A stretch of 37,451 nt of DNA from Myxococcales bacterium (GTDB lineage: Bacteria; Myxococcota; Myxococcia; Myxococcales; Anaeromyxobacteraceae), in contig JBBQEB010000014.1 in the NCBI GenBank assembly GCA_038320275.1, positions 1-37,451 of the forward strand. The letters run 5' to 3'. Below the pieces are notes generated by a model. The model searched no databases and had not been told where the DNA came from. It saw only the letters and a list, made by a program, of their open reading frames with translations. The translations under genes and the position numbers were made by a program. Positions 30,313 to 37,451 of the stretch are shown here, piece by piece; position 1 is the stretch's first letter, and each line of letters opens with the position of its first letter.

Positions 30313-31191
30313 ATGTCCTCGACTTCGGACCGCGCCGACCTCGATCGGCCTCAGCTTCTCAAGTCCATCCCGTTCTTCGCCGTGCACGCGGTGGGGCTCT
30401 GGACCGTCCTCTTCACCCGATTTTCGTGGGGGCTCCTGGCGCTTGCCCTGGCCGGGTATTTCGTCCGCATGTTTGGCATCACCGCCGGCTACCACCGCTA
30501 CTTCTCGCACCGGACCTACAAGACGAGCCGCGCCTTCCAGTTCGTCCTGGCGGTGCTCGGCGCGAGCACGACGCAGAAGGGGCCGCTCTGGTGGGCGGCC
30601 CACCACCGCGATCACCACAAGTACTCGGACGAGCCCGAGGATGTGCACTCTCCCGTCCAGCGCGGCTTCTGGTGGAGCCACATCGGCTGGATCCTCTCGA
30701 AGCGCCACGACGCCACCAATTTCGACCGCGTGAAGGACCTGGCCCGCTATCCAGAGCTCCGCTGGCTCGACCGGTATCACGTGGTGCCATCGCTGGCGTA
30801 CATCGCGCTCCTCGGCGCGTTCGGCGGCCTCTCCGCTGTACTGTGGGGCTACTTCGTCTCCACGACCCTGCTCTGGCACGGCACCTTCCTCGTGAACTCG
30901 CTGGCGCACGTGTTCGGGAAGCGCCGCTACGACACCTCGGACGATTCGCGCAACAATCCCATCATCGCGTTTCTCACCATGGGTGAGGGCTGGCACAACA
31001 ACCATCACCACTACCAGTCCGCCACGAACCAGGGCTGGTTCTGGTGGGAGATCGACGTCACCTGGTACGCCTTGCGAGCGCTCGCGGCGCTGGGCGTGGT
31101 GTGGGACCTGCGCACGCCACCCGCAGCCGTCCGCGACGCGGTGGCTCCGCCTCGCGTCATGGACGCCCCTGGAGCCAGCGCCTCGTCGTAG
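30313..31191 (+). CDS. Membrane acyl-CoA/acyl-lipid delta-9 desaturase
   Basis: His boxes GYHRYFSH, HHRDHH, GEGWHNNHHH; VNSLAH. Confidence 0.95.
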   Translation: MSSTSDRADLDRPQLLKSIPFFAVHAVGLWTVLFTRFSWGLLALALAGYFVRMFGITAGYHRYFSHRTYKTSRAFQFVLAVLGASTTQKGPLWWAAHHRDHHKYSDEPEDVHSPVQRGFWWSHIGWILSKRHDATNFDRVKDLARYPELRWLDRYHVVPSLAYIALLGAFGGLSAVLWGYFVSTTLLWHGTFLVNSLAHVFGKRRYDTSDDSRNNPIIAFLTMGEGWHNNHHHYQSATNQGWFWWEIDVTWYALRALAALGVVWDLRTPPAAVRDAVAPPRVMDAPGASASS

Positions 31192-31244
31192 ACCCTGCTA
31201 CTCGCGGCCTCGCGGCCGGAGTCGGTTCCAGGCCAGCACCACCT

Positions 31245-33557
31245 CTACAGATATACGCTCCGCCTCGCGGCGACGTCCTCGTCGAGCATGCGCTGGAGCG
31301 TTGCGCGGGTGGTCTCGGTGATGGCGAGGGCGCGCGCCGGGTCGTCCACCGTCCCTGGCTGCTCCGACCCGAGGTCGATGGGCGGCCCGAAGCGCAGCGA
31401 CCAGCGGGAGGGGAGGGGCACCAGACCGAGCCCTCCGAGGGGCAGCGACGGGGCTGCGGCCGGGAGCGGCACGCCGAGCTGAGCAGAGAGCCAACCTGGC
31501 CGGGACGGGGGCGCGGCGGCCTCCTCACTTCCCACGATGGCGCAGGGCACGATGGGCGCGCCCGCGCGGAGCGCAATCTTGGCGAAGCCACCACGTCCGA
31601 ACTGCAGGATGCGATAGCGGTCGGTCCAGGCCTTGGTGGTGGCCTGGGAGCCCTCCGGGAAGATGCCCAGCGCGACTCCCGCCCCGAGGAGCTCGAGGGC
31701 ATGGGTGGGCGTGGACGCGACCGCTCCCAGGCGCGAGGCGAGCGCCCCGACGATGGGCATGGCCAGGGCCTTCTCGTCGAGCAGGGGCCGGAGGACCCGG
31801 CGGCGAGGGTGAGCTCGGGCCAGCGCCTGAGCGAGGAGGAGCGCGTCCCAGGGTCCGACTCCGCCGTGGTTGGCGATCACGAGCACCGGCCCATCGTCCG
31901 GGACGTTCTCGATCCCGCGCACCTCGACGCGCCAGAACGTCTCGTACAGGAAGTCGAGGAGCGGGCGGAGCCGCTCTGCAAGCTCGGGGTCCTGGCCATG
32001 AGCGTCGGCCGAGTTGGACCGCGCGAAGAGCTGTCCCAGGGAGAGGAGCGACGAGAGCCGCTCGCGCAGGGCCGGCGCGAGGCGAACCATCACCTCGGCG
32101 AGCTCGGCGGCCGGATCCGACGGAAGCTCGCGGCGGGCCGCGGAGGCCAGCTCTCCGACGCGCGCGGCCGCATCGGCCGCCATCCGCCCGGCCTGCTGCA
32201 GCCCAGCCTCTACCCGCGCCTCGGCGTGCCCGAGCCGCTCCAGCAGCGAGCTGACCACGTCTTCCCGAGCCTCAGGCCGGTCCGGCTCCACGGCGCCCGA
32301 GGCCGGTCCCTCCGCCACGGCAGGCTTCGGCTCCCGATCGAGCGTCGCGGGTGGTTCGGCAACAGACGCCTCTGCCGTGGTCACCGGCTCGACGCGGCCC
32401 TGCAGTTCCTCGTCCAGCATGCGCGCCGGGAGCTCCGACTCAGCCCTGGGCGCGGCCTTGCGGCGCTTCCGAGACGCCTGCGGCGCGAGCTCCGCCGCGT
32501 CCGAGCCGGCGGCCACGGTGGCGGTGCGCTCCGCGTCGCCGGAGCTTCCGAGCGCCTGGAGCGGCGGCTCCGCCCGGTCCGGCTCGGCTGCGGCGGCGGG
32601 CGGCGGGCGGACCTCATCCGCGCTGGCCTCCAGAACGGGACCCGCCTCCGCCTCGTCCGGATTGGCGGCGACGGCGGGGGCCGGCTCCGGCACTTTCGGG
32701 GCGGTCACGAGGGTGAGGGCCGGCTCGGTCGGGACCCTCTCCGCGATGTCCTCCTCCGAGGCGCGCGGAACTTCCAGGCGAGGCTCTTGTGCGCTCACGA
32801 GCTCCAGCTCGGCTCCGCCACCCGCAAGCTCCGCATCGACCACAGCCTCCAGCCTGTCATCGGCGGTCGAGCGCTCAGCTTCGGCGCCCGGGAGCTCCGT
32901 CTCGGCGGCCATCCCCACGACCGGCAGCTCCGCCTCGAGCTCGTCCACGACATCTGGAACGACCTCGCCGTCATCGTCCTCCTCGCGGTCGTCCAGCTCG
33001 GACTCGGCGCCCGAAACCTCCTCCTCCTCGTCGTCATCCAGCTCGGACTCGGCGCCCGAGAGCTCCTCGTCGTCCCCGGCCGTGGAGGCCCCGGCGGACT
33101 TCCTGCGCGAGCTCTCCTCGGGCTCCCCCGCCAAGAGGGGAAGCTCGCGCTCGTCGCTCCGCGGCTGGGACACCGGGGTGACCGCCGCGGCCGGCCGGCG
33201 CTGGCGCGTGGAGGGCCGTTCGGCAGGCGCCTTGCGACCCTCGTCGCGGCCGGCTCGGCTGCTCGCGCTCGACGGCTTTCGATCCGCTGGAAGAGGGCTC
33301 CCCTTCCGCGCGCGTTGGCTCTCCACCTCGTGGGCGCTCGGCTTCGCGGCGCGAGGAGTCTCCTTCGCCGCGCGAGGGCTCTTCTCCGGAGCGCGCGAGC
33401 TGGCCTTGGCGGCGCGCGGTCTCGCCTCCGGGACGCGCGGGCTGAGCTGGGCAGCGCGAGCGCCCGCCTTCGGTTCGTGGGCGCTTGGGCGCGGCTTCTT
33501 CGCGTGCGCTGCGGGGCGTGCGCGGGACGTCTTCTTGGCCGGGGGGCGAGGGGGCAT
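31245..33557 (-). CDS. PlsC-like acyltransferase with a ~500-aa low-complexity N-terminal extension, 770 aa
   Basis: C-terminal NHGGVGPWD, GIFPEG, FGRGGF, APIVPCAIVGSEE; start ATG 33557 (the longer ORF overlaps mutL). Confidence 0.85.
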   Translation of the reverse strand: MPPRPPAKKTSRARPAAHAKKPRPSAHEPKAGARAAQLSPRVPEARPRAAKASSRAPEKSPRAAKETPRAAKPSAHEVESQRARKGSPLPADRKPSSASSRAGRDEGRKAPAERPSTRQRRPAAAVTPVSQPRSDERELPLLAGEPEESSRRKSAGASTAGDDEELSGAESELDDDEEEEVSGAESELDDREEDDDGEVVPDVVDELEAELPVVGMAAETELPGAEAERSTADDRLEAVVDAELAGGGAELELVSAQEPRLEVPRASEEDIAERVPTEPALTLVTAPKVPEPAPAVAANPDEAEAGPVLEASADEVRPPPAAAAEPDRAEPPLQALGSSGDAERTATVAAGSDAAELAPQASRKRRKAAPRAESELPARMLDEELQGRVEPVTTAEASVAEPPATLDREPKPAVAEGPASGAVEPDRPEAREDVVSSLLERLGHAEARVEAGLQQAGRMAADAAARVGELASAARRELPSDPAAELAEVMVRLAPALRERLSSLLSLGQLFARSNSADAHGQDPELAERLRPLLDFLYETFWRVEVRGIENVPDDGPVLVIANHGGVGPWDALLLAQALARAHPRRRVLRPLLDEKALAMPIVGALASRLGAVASTPTHALELLGAGVALGIFPEGSQATTKAWTDRYRILQFGRGGFAKIALRAGAPIVPCAIVGSEEAAAPPSRPGWLSAQLGVPLPAAAPSLPLGGLGLVPLPSRWSLRFGPPIDLGSEQPGTVDDPARALAITETTRATLQRMLDEDVAARRSVYL
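32992..33059. repeat. 23-bp direct repeat with 45-bp period (SGAESELDD twice)
   Basis: TCCAGCTCGGACTCGGCGCCCGA at 32992 and 33037. Confidence 0.85.
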
Positions 33558-33563
33558 GGCGGG

Positions 33564-33605
33564 CCTATAGCGATGCCGGAGCAATGCGTCAAACCATGGT
33601 AGACG
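33564..33605. promoter_or_regulatory. Divergent sigma70-type promoters for the acyltransferase and mutL
   Basis: Minus: TTGACG-17-TATAGG-6-ATG; plus: TG-G-TAGACG-6-GTG. Confidence 0.6.
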
Positions 33606-33611
33606 TGGCGC

Positions 33612-35402
33612 GTGGGGCGTATCCAGGTCCTCCCTCCCGGGCTCGTGAACCAGATCGCCGCGGGCGAGGTGGTCGAGCGGCCTGCGTCGGTGGTGAAGGA
33701 GCTCGTCGAGAACGCGCTGGACGCCGGCGCGACCCACGTCCTCGTCGAGGTCGAGGAGGGCGGCCTCACGCTCGTCCGCGTGACCGACGACGGCTCCGGC
33801 ATGAGCCCTGATGACGCGGTGGCCGCGCTCGAGCGCCACGCCACCTCCAAGCTGACGGACGTGGAGGGACTCCACGCCATCCGGACGCTCGGCTTCCGCG
33901 GCGAGGCCATCCCTGCCATCGCGTCGGTGGCGCGGCTGCGCCTCGACAGCTGGGACGGCGCGGAGGGAACCCCTGGCGTGCGGCTGCTGATCGAGGGCGG
34001 CAGGCTCGCCGAGCGAGGCGCCATCGCCCGCCCTCGCGGCACCACGGTGGAGGTTCGCGACCTCTTCTTCAACACGCCTGCCCGCCGCAAGTTCATGCGG
34101 GCTGCCTCCTCCGAAGCGGGCCACGTCAGCGAGGCGGTGATCCGGCTGGCCCTGCCACAGCCTGCGGTGGGCTTCACGCTTCGCTCCGCCGGGCGCCTCG
34201 CGTTCGTCTCCCCGCCGGACGCGCCGGCGCGCGACCGGATGGCGCTCGCCATCGGCAGCGAGGCAGCTGGCCACCTGATCGCCATCTCCGGGGGGCGCGG
34301 CGAGGTCACCGTGCGGGGGCTCCTCACCGCCCCTGCGCACTCGGCGGCCACCGGCCGGGGGCTCTACCTGCATGTCAACGGTCGATACGTGCGCGACCGG
34401 GCTGCCGCGCACGCCGTGCTGCGCGCCTACGCCGGGACGCTGCCCCCCGGCCGCTTTCCGGCAGGCGCCCTCTTCGTGGAGCTGCCACTGTCCAGGGTGG
34501 ACGTGAACGTCCATCCCCAGAAGCTGGAGGTTCGCTTCGCGGATCCGCGGGGGGTGCAGGACGCCATCTTCCACGCCGTCTCGGACGCGCTGCGGGCGAC
34601 TCCGTGGCTGCATCACGACGCGCGTGCGGAGCGCCCGGACGACGGCTGCGCGCCGCGCTCACCGCTCGCCGGCGAGGAAGGGGCGATGGCGCTGGCGGAA
34701 GCACGCGCGCTTCACCCGCAGGAGGCGCGGCACCCCGGGGACGGCCCCGCGCTTCCGCTCGAGCTCGCGGCCCGGAACCTCGCCCCTCCCCAGGCGCCTG
34801 CCAGCCCCGCGCGCGGGTATTTCGGCGCCCTTCGGTACATCGGCCAGCACGCCCGCACGTACCTCCTGTGCGAGGCGCCCGGGGGGACGCTGGTCGTCAT
34901 CGACCAGCACGCCAGCCACGAGCGCGTCCTCTTCGAGGGGCTCCGGCAGGCGTGGCGGGAGCACGCTCTTCCCGTCCAGCCGCTCCTCGTCCCCCTCGTG
35001 GTGACCCTTCCGCCGGCGCCGGCCCGCGCGCTGGAGAGCGCGCTCGGGGAGCTGCGCGCGGCGGGGCTCGACCTCGAGCCCTTCGGCGGCGATGCCTTCG
35101 CGGTCAAGGGGGCGCCCGCGGCGCTGGGGGGCATCGATCTCGCCGCCCTCCTGAAGGACCTGGCGCAGGAGGTGGAGCTGCTCGAACGCGGCGGCGCGAT
35201 GGAGGCCGCGGTCGAGCACCTTCTCGCGACCATGGCCTGTCACGCGGCGGTGCGCGCTCACCAGGACCTGGGCCCGGAGGAGGCGAGGGCGCTCCTCGAC
35301 AGGCTCGACGGCGTCCCTTCCCGGGGCCGATGTCCCCACGGCAGGCCGGTCGTGTTCGAGCTGCCGCTGATCGACATCGAGCGGAGCGTCGGGCGGCGCT
35401 GA
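33612..35402 (+). CDS. mutL: DNA mismatch repair endonuclease MutL
   Basis: [41 protein letters not shown], endonuclease motifs [21 protein letters not shown], clamp motif QPLL. Confidence 0.98.
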   Translation: MGRIQVLPPGLVNQIAAGEVVERPASVVKELVENALDAGATHVLVEVEEGGLTLVRVTDDGSGMSPDDAVAALERHATSKLTDVEGLHAIRTLGFRGEAIPAIASVARLRLDSWDGAEGTPGVRLLIEGGRLAERGAIARPRGTTVEVRDLFFNTPARRKFMRAASSEAGHVSEAVIRLALPQPAVGFTLRSAGRLAFVSPPDAPARDRMALAIGSEAAGHLIAISGGRGEVTVRGLLTAPAHSAATGRGLYLHVNGRYVRDRAAAHAVLRAYAGTLPPGRFPAGALFVELPLSRVDVNVHPQKLEVRFADPRGVQDAIFHAVSDALRATPWLHHDARAERPDDGCAPRSPLAGEEGAMALAEARALHPQEARHPGDGPALPLELAARNLAPPQAPASPARGYFGALRYIGQHARTYLLCEAPGGTLVVIDQHASHERVLFEGLRQAWREHALPVQPLLVPLVVTLPPAPARALESALGELRAAGLDLEPFGGDAFAVKGAPAALGGIDLAALLKDLAQEVELLERGGAMEAAVEHLLATMACHAAVRAHQDLGPEEARALLDRLDGVPSRGRCPHGRPVVFELPLIDIERSVGRR

Positions 35403-35420
35403 TCGGATGTCCACGATGTC

Positions 35421-35464
35421 CCGGACCGGGCCGGGCCGGGCGAGACGCGACGCGACGCGATGCA
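35421..35464. repeat. Adjacent pentamer microsatellites (CCGGG)n and (GACGC)n
   Basis: ccgga ccggg ccggg ccggg cga gacgc gacgc gacgc gatgc. Confidence 0.75.
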
Positions 35465-35645
35465 GTTCGCCCGCGCCAGCCTCGGCGGGACTTCCTGAAC
35501 CCTGCGGGGGGCAACGGTCGACTGGTGGGCCCCGGCCGTGAACCGGCGGCTCGCGCGAGATGCCGACCGAGGGGAGGGCCAACCAGTACAGGAGCGCGGG
35601 GCTCGAGCGGTGCGGGGAGTCCGCCCGAAACCACCGCGCTCCGAG
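35460..35645 (-). ncRNA. Candidate sigma54-dependent structured small RNA (3' end uncertain)
   Basis: Starts about 12 nt below a -24/-12 promoter; two long nested stems; G-U pairs form only on the minus strand; C-rich loops; no protein-like ORF. Confidence 0.6.
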
Positions 35646-35655
35646 TCAAATCACG

Positions 35656-35671
35656 AGCAGTCTGCGTGCCA
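35656..35671 (-). promoter_or_regulatory. sigma54 -24/-12 promoter
   Basis: TGGCACGCAGACTGCT; GG and GC at canonical spacing. Confidence 0.8.
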
Positions 35672-35907
35672 TACTGAACAGAAAGGCGAAAACACCCTGT
35701 TTGCGTGGCCTTGCCGAGCGCGATGCCCCTTGCACGTTTCGCTGCGGCATTTCACGACTGAACGAAGCCATTTCAAAAATGGAAGGAGAGGAGCTGAAAA
35801 AAGAATCACCCGTGGGACGATAAATTCTTCCATCTGGGTGGTGCGGCGCTGTGTCGCGCGAGTCTCCGTGCAAGAGAGAGTAGGTGCTCTTCCGGCTTCT
35901 TCAGTCT

Positions 35908-35923
35908 TGGCATTGATGGTGCA
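35908..35923 (+). promoter_or_regulatory. sigma54 -24/-12 promoter
   Basis: TGGCATTGATGGTGCA; GG and GC at canonical spacing. Confidence 0.7.
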
Positions 35924-35935
35924 ACTAGTATCCTC

Positions 35936-36085
35936 GTGCAGGGAACGATCACAGGCCGCGACGTCCTTCGCCACTCGCTGACGATCCTCAGACTGTGGGG
36001 CCCGTCGTGCTACGTGCGCTGCCTTCACGCCGTGGTGACCCGGCGGCCCTGTACCTTCCTGGAAGTGATCTCGGCCCGGCCGTAG
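35936..36085 (+). CDS. Small protein, 49 aa, not in the ORF track: MQGTITGRDVLRHSLTILRLWGPSCYVRCLHAVVTRRPCTFLEVISARP
   Basis: GTG at the expected TSS of the sigma54 promoter; mostly G/C third positions; amphipathic pattern; hairpin TGGAACG/CGTTCCA (36090-36110) right after TAG. Confidence 0.7.
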   Translation: MQGTITGRDVLRHSLTILRLWGPSCYVRCLHAVVTRRPCTFLEVISARP

Positions 36086-36128
36086 CGCCTGGAACGGCGC
36101 GCTCGTTCCACGCGCGGCCTCTTCAGCG

Positions 36129-36692
36129 ATGGACGCCGGAGAAGCCCGCGTGCCAGAGTCGCCAGCCGTGAAAGCGCGCGATCCACGTCTGCGCCCCTAC
36201 CGCGCGGCGCTGTGGGCGGTCTACTTCGTCATCGTGGTGGGCGGGGTGGGTCTCGTCACAATCAGCGTCGCCCGTAACCTCCGGGTCACCAACAGGCCAG
36301 TCCGCGCTGACCCGTGTTTTCTTCCCACCAAGGCAGCCCTGCGCCTGTGCCTCGGCGACCTCGAGGGTTTGTACCGGGAGGGGAACGAGCGCGCCTGGGC
36401 GCTGGGCACGGGGATGGAAACGGCCGATCCCCTGGGAAGCTGGCAGACCTGGGCGCGCGCATGGGAGGCCCGGGTGGAGGATCTCGGCGAGCGCTGCCGG
36501 CTCGATGGCCCGGCCACGGGACCGGAGGCGGTCGCCCGGTCGGAGCTCGCTGCCGGCCGCGACGCGCTCCTCGCGCTCCACCGGGCCTACGCGACCCAGG
36601 TGGCCCGGTTCGCCCAGGAGCACGGCGACCTTGCGCGAGGGGCAGCCGAGGCGCTCGCGCACGCCCGCGAGGCGGTGGGCCGGGCGCAGTAG
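36129..36692 (+). CDS. Hypothetical single-TM membrane-anchored helical protein
   Basis: One hydrophobic segment (ALWAVYFVIVVGGVGLVTISV) followed by a helical domain with Cys residues. Confidence 0.75.
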   Translation: MDAGEARVPESPAVKARDPRLRPYRAALWAVYFVIVVGGVGLVTISVARNLRVTNRPVRADPCFLPTKAALRLCLGDLEGLYREGNERAWALGTGMETADPLGSWQTWARAWEARVEDLGERCRLDGPATGPEAVARSELAAGRDALLALHRAYATQVARFAQEHGDLARGAAEALAHAREAVGRAQ

Positions 36693-36732
36693 CACCGGAG
36701 TTTTCGGCGCCTCTCGAGGGGCCAAGTTCCCG

Positions 36733-37323
36733 TCAGTCGGCGCAGCGCTGGCTCGCCGGATCGTACTGGAACACCCAGCGGTAGACCTGCACCTCGAATC
36801 CTAGCTCCGCGCTCCGATTCGGGAGGGCAGCGTTGGGGCTTCCCAGCGGCATGAAGCCGTTGGAGACCACCAGCTCCACCACGTGGACGGGGGCGGCGGG
36901 GTCGTAGGCCGGCGGGGCGAAGACGAAGGGCTGCACCGGCCGGCGCGTGGCCGGCGCCGTCACCGGAGGAGGGCTGTCGAGGGCCTGCGCCCCCGTGGAG
37001 GATGGTGCGAGGGGGTCGTAGTCGACGAACCAGCGCGCATCGACGGCCTCGGTGGTGTTCGGGTCGTCCACCTCGGCGCGCAGCTCGAAGCGTGGGCCCG
37101 GAAGAGGGCACGCGACCGAGACGCGGACCACACTGTCGATCGGCGTGAGCGAGGAGGGGTCCACCACGATGCGCGGCGGCGTCACGGTGCCCCCGTCCAC
37201 CCGCCCCAGCTCGGGCAAGGGCTGCGGGAGAGGGCAGCCCCCGAGCCCGGCCGCCGCGAGGGAGCCCGCCAGCGCCGCCAGGGTGAGCCGCGCCAGGCAG
37301 GAGGTACGCGCCCGGCCGCTCAT
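36733..37323 (-). CDS. Hypothetical lipoprotein
   Basis: Lipobox LGGC; PPRIV, RWFVDY, VVELVVSNGF, YRWVF; ATG overlaps upstream TGA (ATGA). Confidence 0.8.
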   Translation of the reverse strand: MSGRARTSCLARLTLAALAGSLAAAGLGGCPLPQPLPELGRVDGGTVTPPRIVVDPSSLTPIDSVVRVSVACPLPGPRFELRAEVDDPNTTEAVDARWFVDYDPLAPSSTGAQALDSPPPVTAPATRRPVQPFVFAPPAYDPAAPVHVVELVVSNGFMPLGSPNAALPNRSAELGFEVQVYRWVFQYDPASQRCAD

Positions 37324-37451
37324 GCCCGCTCCTCGCCGCTGCCGGCCTCGGGCGGAGGAAGTCCGCGCCGTTCCGCCTCCAGCTTCTCCAGGTGCCGGAA
37401 CACGGTGCGGGGGTCCACGCCGAGGTCCTTCGCGGTCTTGGTGCGGTTGCC
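37320..37451 (-). CDS. C-terminal Fis-type HTH of a probable sigma54 enhancer-binding protein (5'-truncated by the window)
   Basis: GNRTKTAKDLGVDPRTVFRHLEK...ERA-stop; matches the GNxxxAAxxLGxxRxTLYR pattern of HTH_8. Confidence 0.8.
   Translation of the reverse strand, partial: GNRTKTAKDLGVDPRTVFRHLEKLEAERRGLPPPEAGSGEERA

Noticed and set aside
35104..35649. 181-aa minus-strand ORF below the sigma54 promoter
   Set aside because: TTG start lies at or above the predicted TSS, composition is low-complexity, and it overlaps mutL antisense by about 300 bp
35440..35650. 6S RNA, SRP RNA, tmRNA or a Pxr ortholog
   Set aside because: It has GGUUCA motifs but no long 5'-3' closing stem as in 6S, no SRP or tmRNA signatures, and no sequence match to Pxr that I can recognise; an Rfam search is still needed

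Overview
Very GC-rich chromosomal window from a myxobacterium; the gene set, Thr/Pro microsatellite and HNH family suggest an Anaeromyxobacter-like organism (inference). Most of it is core genes: gdh, glycerate kinase, lactate permease, CDF transporter-rsmD-coaD-aspC-carB-greA-recG-alaC-thrC-tmk-cinA-like, fatty-acid desaturase, acyltransferases and mutL. A small decayed accessory patch (about 8.2-9.2 kb) with pseudogene fragments and an att-like scar abuts the 3' end of a tRNA-Thr(CGT). The most interesting unexplained structure is the lower-GC interval 35.4-36.1 kb after mutL. It holds two divergent sigma54 (-24/-12) promoters, one pointing at a highly structured non-coding RNA with C-rich loops (minus strand) and one at a 49-aa ORF missing from the ORF track (plus strand). 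A probable sigma54 enhancer-binding protein gene ends about 1.4 kb away. Other observations: a terminator in the greA leader, in-frame insertions in gdh, rsmD and recG, a damaged PLP-stacking motif in aspC, and several apparently leaderless genes. All calls come from reading motifs by eye; no searches were run.
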